Source: Bacteroidales bacterium (GTDB lineage Bacteria > Bacteroidota > Bacteroidia > Bacteroidales > VadinHA17). Taken from it: a DNA stretch of 34,002 nt. The translations under genes and the position numbers were made by a program. Below the pieces are notes generated by a model. It saw only the letters and a program-made list of their open reading frames with translations, was not told the origin of the DNA and did not search any database. Positions 8,655 to 18,144 of this stretch are shown here, piece after piece (within the stretch, counting starts at the first letter, position 1; each line of letters opens with the position of its first letter). The stretch covers positions 1-34,002 of the forward strand of contig JAHEYW010000006.1 in NCBI GenBank assembly GCA_023251395.1. The letters run 5' to 3'.

Positions 8655-9656
8655 ATGACAAAAAACTCTGAAGCAGAGGTAACAGTTATCGGTTCCGGAA
8701 GCTGGGCAACCGCTATAGTGAAGATGCTTTGCACCAATGTTTCAAAAATATGCTGGTATATTCACTTCGAGGAGGAGTTAAAATATCTGAAAAAATACCA
8801 TCACAATCAGAAGTATCTTAGTGCAGTTAATTTCAAACCGGAAAAGCTTCTTCTCACAGGCGATATCAACCGGGCTGTTAAAGCGTCAGATATTATCTTC
8901 CTTGTCACCCCGGCAGCTTTCCTTAAACAAACTCTTGCACCACTTATTATTCCGCTGAAAGGAAAAATAGTTTGCTCAGCAATAAAAGGATTTATCCCCG
9001 ATGACACGTGTATTGTCGGGGAATTCATTCATAATAACTACAATTTTCCTTACTCCGCCATTGTAATTATTACGGGACCAAGCCATGCCGAAGAGGTAGC
9101 AATGGAAAAGCTTACCTACCTTACGATTGCCTCCCAGGATCCTGAAAGAGCAAAAATTACTGCACATGTATTGAAGAATCACTACCTGCGGACAATCATT
9201 TCTGATGATATATATGGTACCGAGTATGCTGCAGTCCTGAAAAATATTTATGCAATTGGTGCGGGAATTTGTATTGGATTAGGATATGGGGACAATTTCC
9301 TGGCTGTCCTGTTATCCAATGCTGCGATGGAAATGAAGACATTCATTGATAATATTCATCCTATTGAACGTGATATTAAGAGTTCTGCTTACCTGGGTGA
9401 CCTGCTTGTGACAGGATATTCACAGTTCAGCCGGAACAGGGCTTTCGGCAATATGATTGGAAAAGGGTATCCGGTTCAGACTGCATTAATGGAAATGACA
9501 ATGATTGCTGAAGGATATTATGCATCTAAAGGAATACACAAAGTAAAATCCGACAAGAATCTGGATATTCCGATTGCAGAGACTGTATACAGGATACTGT
9601 ATGAAAATGCCATTCCCTCGAAAGAAATATATAACCTGACAAAAATACTTAAGTGA
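8655..9656 (+). CDS. gpsA: NAD(P)H-dependent glycerol-3-phosphate dehydrogenase
   Basis: Rossmann motif VIGSGSWATA, AIKG, GPSHAEEV, LKNIYAIGAG, YLGDLLVT-SRNR and AEGY. Confidence 0.96.
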   Translation: MTKNSEAEVTVIGSGSWATAIVKMLCTNVSKICWYIHFEEELKYLKKYHHNQKYLSAVNFKPEKLLLTGDINRAVKASDIIFLVTPAAFLKQTLAPLIIPLKGKIVCSAIKGFIPDDTCIVGEFIHNNYNFPYSAIVIITGPSHAEEVAMEKLTYLTIASQDPERAKITAHVLKNHYLRTIISDDIYGTEYAAVLKNIYAIGAGICIGLGYGDNFLAVLLSNAAMEMKTFIDNIHPIERDIKSSAYLGDLLVTGYSQFSRNRAFGNMIGKGYPVQTALMEMTMIAEGYYASKGIHKVKSDKNLDIPIAETVYRILYENAIPSKEIYNLTKILK

Positions 9657-9657
9657 T

Positions 9658-11001
9658 ATGAAAGAAAATATTAACGTAAGTCTGAAAGGGTTACCAGGAT
9701 TTGTTCCATTGGAAGAAATCATTGCTCTATCCCGTTTGTCTTTAAGACATCTGGAGGCAATAAATAGCAGAACAGGAGCCGGGAACGATTTTCTTGGCTG
9801 GGTCAGTCTGCCCGAAGAAATGCATCTTCAGACAGATCAAATCATGAAAATTGCCAGACATATAAGAAATGTTTCTGATACAACTGTTGTGGTTGGAATC
9901 GGAGGCTCTTATCTGGGTGCCAGGGCAGTAATCGAAGCACTATCACATTCATTTCCTCTTCTTTCGGCTTCCAAAAATCACCAGATCTTATATGCAGGGC
10001 ATAATCTTTGCGAGGATTATCTGTCTGAACTGCTAGAAGTTCTTGATCACCGGAATTACTCAATAGTTGTGATTTCCAAATCAGGTACCACTACTGAACC
10101 GGCTATAGCGTTCAGACTGCTTAAAGATCATCTTGAGGCAAAATATGGTAAGTCAGTGGCTGCCGACAGGATCATTGCAATCACCGATTCAACAAAAGGT
10201 GCACTCCGTTCACTTTCCGAATTAAATGGTTATGAGACTTTCTCTATTCCTGACGATATCGGAGGACGATATTCAGTACTTACACCGGTTGGTTTGTTGC
10301 CAATAGCAATAGCAGGCATAGATATTAAAGCCATTATGGAAGGTGCCATTTCGATTGCTGCATTAACAAGAGATAATAAGAACCATGAAAATAATCCTGC
10401 ACTTTTATACGCTGCAGCCAGGAACCTTATCCTCCAGACCGGCAGGAGCATCGAGATCATGGTAAATTACCACTCAAAATTTCATTATCTCTCAGAATGG
10501 TGGAAACAACTTTATGGGGAAAGTGAGGGAAAAGACGGTAAGGGACTATTCCCGGCATCTGTTGATCTTACAACAGACCTTCATTCCATGGGACAATATA
10601 TACAGGAGGGACAAAGAATAATGTTTGAGACTGTAGTTTCAGTAAAGTCTTCAGAGAAAAAAGTGATTATCCCGCTTGAAAAGGAAGATTCAGACCAGCT
10701 AAATTTCCTTGCAGGGAAAAGAATTTCTGAAGTAAATGCCAATGCTGAAACAGGAACTTTTCTTGCACATACCGACGGAAAGGTGCCGGTAATAGCTATT
10801 TCCGTTCCCAAAATTGATGAATTTTACCTCGGCCAACTTATCTATTTCTTTGAAATTGCCTGTGCAATAAGCGGATATATACTTGATGTAAATCCTTTTG
10901 ATCAGCCTGGTGTTGAAGCTTATAAGAAGAACATGTTCGCCTTGTTGAACAAACCCGGATATGAGGAAGCGGGAAAAAAGCTGAGGGAAAGGCTGAAATA
11001 A
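9658..11001 (+). CDS. pgi: Glucose-6-phosphate isomerase
   Basis: GIGGSYLG, SKSGTTTEP, IGGRYSV, QLYGESEGK, DLHSMGQ and NPFDQPGVEAYK. Confidence 0.97.
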   Translation: MKENINVSLKGLPGFVPLEEIIALSRLSLRHLEAINSRTGAGNDFLGWVSLPEEMHLQTDQIMKIARHIRNVSDTTVVVGIGGSYLGARAVIEALSHSFPLLSASKNHQILYAGHNLCEDYLSELLEVLDHRNYSIVVISKSGTTTEPAIAFRLLKDHLEAKYGKSVAADRIIAITDSTKGALRSLSELNGYETFSIPDDIGGRYSVLTPVGLLPIAIAGIDIKAIMEGAISIAALTRDNKNHENNPALLYAAARNLILQTGRSIEIMVNYHSKFHYLSEWWKQLYGESEGKDGKGLFPASVDLTTDLHSMGQYIQEGQRIMFETVVSVKSSEKKVIIPLEKEDSDQLNFLAGKRISEVNANAETGTFLAHTDGKVPVIAISVPKIDEFYLGQLIYFFEIACAISGYILDVNPFDQPGVEAYKKNMFALLNKPGYEEAGKKLRERLK

Positions 11002-11012
11002 GATAAAAGACA

Positions 11013-11040
11013 ATCCACCTTCGCCAAGGCTTCGGAGGAC
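11013..11040. repeat. 28-bp imperfect palindrome in an A-rich spacer
   Basis: atccaccttcgccaaggcttcggaggac: symmetric tcc/gga, cc/gg and gcc/ggc stems with symmetric a/a and ttc/ttc internal loops. Confidence 0.55.
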
Positions 11041-11093
11041 GAAGAAAGTAAAAAGATAAAAGCAGAATGACAAAAGAAGAAAATTAAACAAAT

Positions 11094-12173
11094 ATGAAAA
11101 TTGAACTTAAGAAAGATTGTACCTGGGCTCTAGTTGCACCAACCAGTATGGGTGTCAGAATTACACCTCCGAATGGCCAGCCTGTTCATTGCAGTGATAT
11201 GTTCCATATGCAGGTAACAAGTGCAGAAAGTAATGTTGTTTCAGTTTCTTCACTTTTAGGTTTACCGGTGAAGGTCCTGACGACATTTGTAAAGGAGAGT
11301 CCAATTGCAAGATTTATAAAAGACAATCTTGCTGCACGTCATATTTCCTATGAAGGTGTTGAAGTTGAACAGGGAGGACCATGGGGTTACCGGCATCAGT
11401 TTAATATTGCAGACAGCGGTATCGGACTGAGAGGTCCGAGGGTCCAGAATGACAGAGCAGGAGAAGTTGGAAGAACACTCAATGTAAAAGATTTTGATCT
11501 TACAAGGTTGTTTGAAAAGGAAGGTGTAAAGATACTTCACCTTTCGGGGTTAATTGCTGCATTATCACCAGAGACCAGTACATTTTGTCTTGAGCTTGCC
11601 AGGGCGGCTAAAAAACATGGGACAAGGATCTCCTTCGATCTTAACTACAGGGCAACCTTCTGGAAAAACCGTGAGAAGGAACTTTCTGCAGCATTCAGAG
11701 AGATTGCCGGGATATCAGATATCCTTGTAGGAAATGAGGAAGATTTTCAGCTTTGTCTTGGTATTGCAGGACCTGAAGAGGGAGGAAAAGACCTTGCATC
11801 AAAAATCGATAGTTTTAAGGAAATGATCAGCCGTGTAAAAAAGGCTTACCCTGATGCTTCGGTTTTTGCAACTACGCTTCGTCAGGTGATTCATACCAAT
11901 GAACATCTCTGGGGTGCTATCATGCTTGAGGGTGATGAATGGCATGTAGCAGAGCCCAGGGAGATACATGTACTTGACCGTATCGGGGGTGGCGATGGGT
12001 TTGTTGGTGGAATGCTTTATGCAATCCTGAAAGGATGGGAACCCGAAAAATGGATACAGTTTGGATGGGCTACCGGTGCTCTTGCAACAACATCAATATA
12101 CGACTACGCACAACCTGCAGACGAGGAACAGGTCTGGTCCATCTGGAAGGGTAATGCCCGCGTAAGAAGATAG
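11094..12173 (+). CDS. PfkB family carbohydrate kinase (2-keto-3-deoxygluconate kinase-like)
   Basis: SAESNV, ISFDLNYR..FW, GNEEDF, FATTLR and the anion-hole motif DRIGGGDGF. Confidence 0.85.
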   Translation: MKIELKKDCTWALVAPTSMGVRITPPNGQPVHCSDMFHMQVTSAESNVVSVSSLLGLPVKVLTTFVKESPIARFIKDNLAARHISYEGVEVEQGGPWGYRHQFNIADSGIGLRGPRVQNDRAGEVGRTLNVKDFDLTRLFEKEGVKILHLSGLIAALSPETSTFCLELARAAKKHGTRISFDLNYRATFWKNREKELSAAFREIAGISDILVGNEEDFQLCLGIAGPEEGGKDLASKIDSFKEMISRVKKAYPDASVFATTLRQVIHTNEHLWGAIMLEGDEWHVAEPREIHVLDRIGGGDGFVGGMLYAILKGWEPEKWIQFGWATGALATTSIYDYAQPADEEQVWSIWKGNARVRR

Positions 12174-12188
12174 AGAAGAGATATAAAC

Positions 12189-13535
12189 CTATTTCCCTTT
12201 CAATTTGAATCTCTTCACAAAATCATCAATAACCTGCTCCAGGTCAGGATAGCCAATTTCCTGAAGATCATAATATACCCTGGTATTAGGTCTCTTGATT
12301 TTGATAATTCTGTTCAGGTCGATAGGTGTTGCAATGATAACACTGTCGCAATCGGTGTTATTAATGGTTGTCTCGAGGTCTTTCAGCTGTTCTTCTCCGT
12401 AGCCCATTGCCGGCAGAAGTGTTCCTATGTTTGGATAAATTCTGAATGTTTCACTCAATTTACCGACAGTAAACGGACGTGGATCAACAAGTTCTGATGC
12501 GCCGAATTTTTTAGCAGCAACGATCCCGGCTCCGATCTTCATCTCACCATGTGTAAGAGTTGGTCCGTCTTCAACGACCAGAACTCTTTTCCCCTTTATC
12601 ATCGAAGGATCATCAACCTTAATAGGAGAAGCAGCATCAACCACTATAGCTTTAGGATTGACCTTCTCAATATTTTCTCTGACAATCTGAATAGCTTCCG
12701 GCCCGGCACTGTCGATCTTGTTAATTATCACCACGTCAGCAATTCTCAGAGTAACTTCACCAGGATAATAATTAAGCTCATGACCGGCTCTGTGAGGGTC
12801 AGTCACAGTAATCATAAGATCAGTCTTATAAAAAGGAAAATCGTTGTTGCCACCATCCCACAGGATCACATCGCAACCTTTCGGATCTTTCTCTGCCTCG
12901 CGGATTATAGCCTCATAGTCAACTCCGGCATAAATAACATTGCCTCTTACTACATGTGGTTCGTATTCTTCAAGTTCCTCAACTGTACAATTGTGTTTTT
13001 TAAAATCTTTCACCTGGGCAAAACGCTGAACTTTTTGAGCGTTCAGGTCACCATATGGCATCGGATGTCTTATTGCCACAACTTTCAAACCTTTTTTCAT
13101 CAGAAGTTCAATGACTCTTCTTGATGTCTGACTCTTTCCGCAGCCTGTCCTGATTGCACCCACTGAAATAACAGGTTTTGTGCTTTTTATCATAGTATCA
13201 GCCGGACCAAGCAGGATAAAGTTGGCACCAGCAGCATTTACTATTGCGCTCATTGACATAACTTTATGGTAAGTCACATCGCTGTATGAGAAGACACATT
13301 CGCTGACTTTGTGTTTCCTTATAAGGTTTGTAAGATTTTCTTCAGAGAAGATAGGTATCCCGTCTGGGTAAAGTTTTCCTGCAAGTTCAGCCGGATATTT
13401 TCTTCCGTCAATATCAGGAATTTGTGCAGCTGTGAATGCAACAACTTTATATGTTTCATTGTTCCTGTAGTAAGTATTGAAATTATGAAAGTCCCTTCCT
13501 GCTGCTCCGATAATAATAATATTTTTTATGGTCAT
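12189..13535 (-). CDS. Arginine synthetase (ArcE)-type P-loop protein (COG2403; often auto-annotated as cyclic 2,3-diphosphoglycerate synthase or GTPase)
   Basis: Motifs GAAGRDFHNFN, AFTAAQIP, RTGCGKSQT, RHPMPYGDL, EEYEPH, WDGGNND, EDGPTLTHG and LPAMGY. Likely start is the ATG at 13535 (MTIKNIII). Family is confident; the exact reaction is inferred. Confidence 0.8.
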   Translation of the reverse strand: MTIKNIIIIGAAGRDFHNFNTYYRNNETYKVVAFTAAQIPDIDGRKYPAELAGKLYPDGIPIFSEENLTNLIRKHKVSECVFSYSDVTYHKVMSMSAIVNAAGANFILLGPADTMIKSTKPVISVGAIRTGCGKSQTSRRVIELLMKKGLKVVAIRHPMPYGDLNAQKVQRFAQVKDFKKHNCTVEELEEYEPHVVRGNVIYAGVDYEAIIREAEKDPKGCDVILWDGGNNDFPFYKTDLMITVTDPHRAGHELNYYPGEVTLRIADVVIINKIDSAGPEAIQIVRENIEKVNPKAIVVDAASPIKVDDPSMIKGKRVLVVEDGPTLTHGEMKIGAGIVAAKKFGASELVDPRPFTVGKLSETFRIYPNIGTLLPAMGYGEEQLKDLETTINNTDCDSVIIATPIDLNRIIKIKRPNTRVYYDLQEIGYPDLEQVIDDFVKRFKLKGK

Positions 13536-13789
13536 ATTTCCTCCGGTTTTTTGGTTCAAAATTTTATTTCAACTTCTTGAGAAATGATTTAAACAGAAGC
13601 CGTAAATTTATATTTTAGAAAGCGAAGATGCGAGTGTTTAATTCAATTATTTATGACATTAATCAGCCAACAAATAATTGTATCATAATAATTTATACCA
13701 TATATCATTACATCAATACAATACACTGAAGAAAATGTTCATTAGTTGGCAAACTATATGGCAAATTCTTTGTACTATTGAAACTAATT

Positions 13790-14401
13790 ATGAATGTTTT
13801 GGCCCATATATATCTTTCAGGTGATTCAGAAAAGATAATCATTGGCAACTACATTGGCGACTATGTAAAAGGCCGGGATTACTTAAAATACCCTGAGATG
13901 ATCAGAAAGGGCATAATACTTCACAGGCATATTGATGGATTTACCGACCGGCATCCTGTAGTACACCGCAGCAAAATCCTCTTTACTCGAAAGTATCATA
14001 AATACGCCGGTGTGATTACAGATATCCTGTATGATCATTTTCTTACGAAAGAATGGGATTTTTTTTCAAGGCGTCCGCTTGAAAGTGTAACATACAACTT
14101 CTACCGGGCGCTGGTAAATAATTATGAAATCATGCCCGAGAATGTAAGGGAGATGATGCCATTCTTCATTATAAATAACTGGATTGAATCCTACCAGACA
14201 GTAAAAGGTATCAAGCATGTTCTGAATACTTTGAGCAAAAGGTCAACACTACCTAATGAGACCCGCTTTGCAATGCAGATGCTTGATAAGAATTACTATT
14301 CACTCCAGGATGATTTTATGGAATTCTTTCCACAGCTTATTGAATATGTTGAAAAGGATTTTGGGATCGAGATATCCCACAGGATAACTATACCTTTCTG
14401 A
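13790..14401 (+). CDS. acpH: Acyl carrier protein phosphodiesterase (AcpH/DUF479)
   Basis: MNVLAHIYLS, GNYIGDYVKG, GIILHRHIDGFTD and DILYDHFL. Likely start is the ATG at 13790. Confidence 0.88.
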   Translation: MNVLAHIYLSGDSEKIIIGNYIGDYVKGRDYLKYPEMIRKGIILHRHIDGFTDRHPVVHRSKILFTRKYHKYAGVITDILYDHFLTKEWDFFSRRPLESVTYNFYRALVNNYEIMPENVREMMPFFIINNWIESYQTVKGIKHVLNTLSKRSTLPNETRFAMQMLDKNYYSLQDDFMEFFPQLIEYVEKDFGIEISHRITIPF

Positions 14402-15826
14402 TCAGACCAGATATTCTGTTCTGCTTGCGTCGAGTCTCAGAAAGATAAATAACAATACAGTAAATCCCCACATTGAGCTTCCTCCATAGCTGAAGAAGGG
14501 AAGAGGAATTCCAATTACAGGTACCAGTCCGATTGACATTCCGATATTAATAAAGAAGTGCATCAGGAAAATTGATACCACACCATAACCGAAGATCCTG
14601 GAGAAGAAGGACCGTTGTCGTTCAGCCAGAAAAACAAGCCTTATCAGAAAGCCCAGATAAAGCCCAATTACAACAAAAGAACCTATGAAGCCCCACTCCT
14701 CCCCGACAGTACAGAAAATAAAATCGGAGCTCTGCTTTGGAACAAATTTGAATTTTGTCTGAGTTCCACGCAAAAATCCTTTTCCTGCAAAACCACCTGA
14801 TCCAATTGATATGATTGACTGATTAACATTATATCCGGTTTTATATGGATCTGTCTTCATTCCGAGTAAAATACTTATACGATCCCGTTGATGAGTTTTA
14901 AGCATATTATTAAATGCATAATCAACAAAATTCACATAAGCCAGGCTACCGACAAGGAAGAAATAAATAACCAGAACTGCGAAAGCTTTCTGCCGGTAGA
15001 TATATAAAGCTACGGCAAATCCTGTTATGATAACAGCAATCAGGATGATCAGGTCAGTTTCAAATTTATTCAGAAAATAGTAATTGAGCAGATATATTGC
15101 TGCGGAAAGAAATAAAACAATTCCTAATCCGGCAACACATAATATCCATTTCCTCGTTGCAAACCAGGTAAGAACAAATGCAACAGCCAAAATTACAATT
15201 GTCAGATACAGATTATTAAAAAGAAGGGTTACGAAAAACAGGAGAATCATCAGCAAGCCTGAAACAAAAATATATGGACTCATCCCCTCACGGAACAACA
15301 CAAGGAAAAAACCAAGATAAATAATTACCGATCCCAGATCAGGTTGAAGCGCAGTAAGGAATGCAGGAAGCAAAATAATGGCAGAAGCCTCAATGAGTGT
15401 TTTAAACTTTGAAAGGTCCTGTCCTCTCGCATGAATATACCGTGCAACAGCAAGGGCAGTTCCAGCTTTGGCAAATTCTGATGGTTGAAGTGTAACAGCT
15501 CCAAACTGAAACCATGATTTAGCACCATTAATTTCCTTCCCCAGGACAAGTACAAGGATTAACAGGAAGATTGTCCCTCCATACAGGAAATATCCGAAGA
15601 AGAAATAAAACCGGTTATCAATAATCACAACGAATACTGCCAGTATAATTGCAGCGAGGATCCATACAAATTGCTTTCCATATCTCTGGGACATGTTGAG
15701 TATCCCCTGGTGTTCCTCATTATAAACTGCAGCATAAATATTAAGCCATCCCAGGACGACCATTACCAGAAACAAAAGGACAGAGATCCTGTCAATTCGC
15801 AACAATATGTTCTCGCTCCGGTTCAT
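14402..15826 (-). CDS. rodA: Rod shape-determining SEDS protein RodA
   Basis: GAKSW, QPSEFAK, LQPDLGS, GSGG..GKG, DFIF...GEEWG and PFFSYGGSS; lies downstream of PBP2. Confidence 0.96.
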   Translation of the reverse strand: MNRSENILLRIDRISVLLFLVMVVLGWLNIYAAVYNEEHQGILNMSQRYGKQFVWILAAIILAVFVVIIDNRFYFFFGYFLYGGTIFLLILVLVLGKEINGAKSWFQFGAVTLQPSEFAKAGTALAVARYIHARGQDLSKFKTLIEASAIILLPAFLTALQPDLGSVIIYLGFFLVLFREGMSPYIFVSGLLMILLFFVTLLFNNLYLTIVILAVAFVLTWFATRKWILCVAGLGIVLFLSAAIYLLNYYFLNKFETDLIILIAVIITGFAVALYIYRQKAFAVLVIYFFLVGSLAYVNFVDYAFNNMLKTHQRDRISILLGMKTDPYKTGYNVNQSIISIGSGGFAGKGFLRGTQTKFKFVPKQSSDFIFCTVGEEWGFIGSFVVIGLYLGFLIRLVFLAERQRSFFSRIFGYGVVSIFLMHFFINIGMSIGLVPVIGIPLPFFSYGGSSMWGFTVLLFIFLRLDASRTEYLV

Positions 15827-17628
15827 TTCCTTGGTAATGAAAGGTTAAGAATATAATCTTCAAGATTCTTGTTAGATATACTGCCCTTCAGATATTTTTC
15901 TATCATCAGGCTGGCCACAGGGGCAGCATAAGTAGCACCATAACCAGCATTTTCGACATATACTGCAATAGCTATTTTCGGATCATCTTTCGGGGCAAAG
16001 GCAATAAATATTGAATGGTTAGCCCCGTGCGGATTCTGCGCAGTTCCTGTTTTGCCACAGATCACTATATCTTTTTGCGCAGCGATAGCAGCAGTACCAC
16101 CCGGGCCAACAACTTTCTCCATGCCATTTATTATATATTCGAAATTAGCTGAATCAATATCAATACGATGTTTAGTTGTGAAACGTTGTACTGTAAAGAT
16201 TGAATCGCCGACAGATTTCACGATATGCGGTGAGATATAGTATCCCCTGTTTGCAATTGCGGCTGTCATGTTTGCCATCTGAAGTGGTGTTGTACCGATT
16301 TCTCCCTGCCCGATTGATAAAGAAATAATATTAAGTGCTTTCCATTTATCCTTGCCATGTAATTTGTCATAATATGATCCTGAAGGAATAAAACCTGATA
16401 ATTCATTTACAAAATCAGTTCCAAGTGTATTCCCAAATCCAAACTCGGAAAGGTAAGTTTTCCATTTATTATATGCAGCCGGCACATTCTGATAGGCCGG
16501 ATTCTCAAGTACCCTTCTGAATACCTGGCAGAAATAAGCGTTGCAGGAGTTTTTGATCGCACCTTCCAGATCGAGTGGAGATTCATGAACATGGCAATCT
16601 ACAAAGAGATATCCCTGATTACATGAAAAGAATGTTGATGGGGATATTACTTTCTCCTGCAGTCCTATCAAGCCGTTAACAGGTTTAAATGTAGATCCGG
16701 GAGGATAAGAAGCCATCAAAGCCCTGTTAAATAAAGGCTGGGTGGAATCTCCATTGAGTTTCGTAAAATTTTCTGACCTTATCCTTCCAACAAGGAGTCC
16801 CGGGTCATAGAAAGGAGCAGATACAAGGGTAAGTACTTCACCGGTCTTCGGTTCTATTGCCACAATGCTTCCCGATTTATTCTGCATCAGGAATTCTCCG
16901 TATGCCTGAAGGTCCATATCAATTGAAGATACTATCTTCTTTCCTTCTGCTGCATCAGAATCCCTTCTTCCTTCATTATAAGAACCCTTCACCCTGCTGT
17001 AAACATCAACCATGAATATTTTGACTCCCTTCACTCCCCGTATCTCTTTTTCGTACGCCTCTTCAATCCCGCTCTTCCCAATATAATCGCCTGATTTATA
17101 ATATGGCTCCTTTCTGATAATATTATCATCTACCTCGCTGACATATCCGAGTATATGAGCTGCTATTGGTTTAGTATATTTTCTCAGGGTTCTTGGCTGA
17201 ACATAAAATCCTGGATACATAAACATCTTTTCCTGAAACCTTGCATATATCTCAGCGGAGACCTGCTTAAGAAAAATTGAGGGTGCCTTCCTGGAATAGT
17301 TTATTGCAAACTTCATTCGCTCTTTAAATATATCTTCTGTAATACCAAGAATATTACAAAAGCCGGCAGTATCAAATTTTGATGTTTGAGACGGGATCAC
17401 CATAATATCGTAAGCGGCCTGGTTAGAAACCATAATCTTACCATTACGATCAAGAATAATCCCCCTGGCTGGATACTGTGTAACATACCGGAGAACATTG
17501 TTATCCGCTGAAAGCCGGTAAGAGACATCCAGTACCTGAATCCGGAAAAGTCTTAAAAGCAGTGTAAGAGAAGCAATTACAATAAATGCAATGATAACAT
17601 ATTTCCGGTTTATGTAGGCATCTTTCAT
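15823..17628 (-). CDS. mrdA: Penicillin-binding protein 2
   Basis: RGIILDRNG and the catalytic motifs SxxK (GSTFK), SxN (SCN) and KTG (KTGTAQ). Confidence 0.96.
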   Translation of the reverse strand: MKDAYINRKYVIIAFIVIASLTLLLRLFRIQVLDVSYRLSADNNVLRYVTQYPARGIILDRNGKIMVSNQAAYDIMVIPSQTSKFDTAGFCNILGITEDIFKERMKFAINYSRKAPSIFLKQVSAEIYARFQEKMFMYPGFYVQPRTLRKYTKPIAAHILGYVSEVDDNIIRKEPYYKSGDYIGKSGIEEAYEKEIRGVKGVKIFMVDVYSRVKGSYNEGRRDSDAAEGKKIVSSIDMDLQAYGEFLMQNKSGSIVAIEPKTGEVLTLVSAPFYDPGLLVGRIRSENFTKLNGDSTQPLFNRALMASYPPGSTFKPVNGLIGLQEKVISPSTFFSCNQGYLFVDCHVHESPLDLEGAIKNSCNAYFCQVFRRVLENPAYQNVPAAYNKWKTYLSEFGFGNTLGTDFVNELSGFIPSGSYYDKLHGKDKWKALNIISLSIGQGEIGTTPLQMANMTAAIANRGYYISPHIVKSVGDSIFTVQRFTTKHRIDIDSANFEYIINGMEKVVGPGGTAAIAAQKDIVICGKTGTAQNPHGANHSIFIAFAPKDDPKIAIAVYVENAGYGATYAAPVASLMIEKYLKGSISNKNLEDYILNLSLPRK

Positions 17629-17637
17629 AGTGAATGG

Positions 17638-18144
17638 CTAACGGCCCCTCCTGTAATATTCAGCCAGAAGAATAAAGACTGTGGAAAAGATTGTACTCAG
17701 GATCACTCTCAGAAGTGTTGCAAAGAATTCGGCAAATCTGAAAACCTCCATGTAGAACAGGACGAAATGATGTGCAAAGATCATTACTCCTGAATATAAC
17801 AGAAACCATCTGAAACCATATATCACCATCGAAGGAACGGCACCAGCTTCATAACCATCCCTGGGTGAAATCATTCTGAGGATATATGGGCGAATGAAAC
17901 CTGAAAAGACCGTTGCAGATGTATGTATCCCCGGTGTTCCATTAAAAAGATCGACAGTCAGTCCCGAAAAGAAACAGATAATAAGCAGTAACCATGAAGG
18001 AATTTCAACAGGTAAAATTAATATCAGCATTACATAAACATATGGATTAATGAATCCACTGAACTGTATGTTGTTGAAAAGCAATACCTGTAAAAATATC
18101 AGGATAACAAAAATGACTGTATATCTGATTATTGAATTTATCAT
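17638..18144 (-). CDS. mreD: Rod shape-determining protein MreD
   Basis: Hydrophobic 168-aa protein with INPYVY and GLTVDLF; lies between mreC and mrdA. Confidence 0.92.
   Translation of the reverse strand: MINSIIRYTVIFVILIFLQVLLFNNIQFSGFINPYVYVMLILILPVEIPSWLLLIICFFSGLTVDLFNGTPGIHTSATVFSGFIRPYILRMISPRDGYEAGAVPSMVIYGFRWFLLYSGVMIFAHHFVLFYMEVFRFAEFFATLLRVILSTIFSTVFILLAEYYRRGR

Noticed and set aside
12189-13535. Annotation as cyclic 2,3-diphosphoglycerate synthase
   Set aside because: The N-terminal GAAGRDFHNFN motif fits the ArcE-type branch as I recall it, and no 2-phosphoglycerate kinase is nearby. It remains a fallback until a tree is built.
13601-13614. Possible ARG box upstream of the ArcE-like gene (cgtaaatttatatt)
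   Set aside because: Lacks the TG...CA ends and a tandem partner; the similarity is explained by the -7 element and AT-richness.
14402-15826. RodA longer than the E. coli protein, with extra TM helices
   Set aside because: Long RodA proteins are usual in Bacteroidales.
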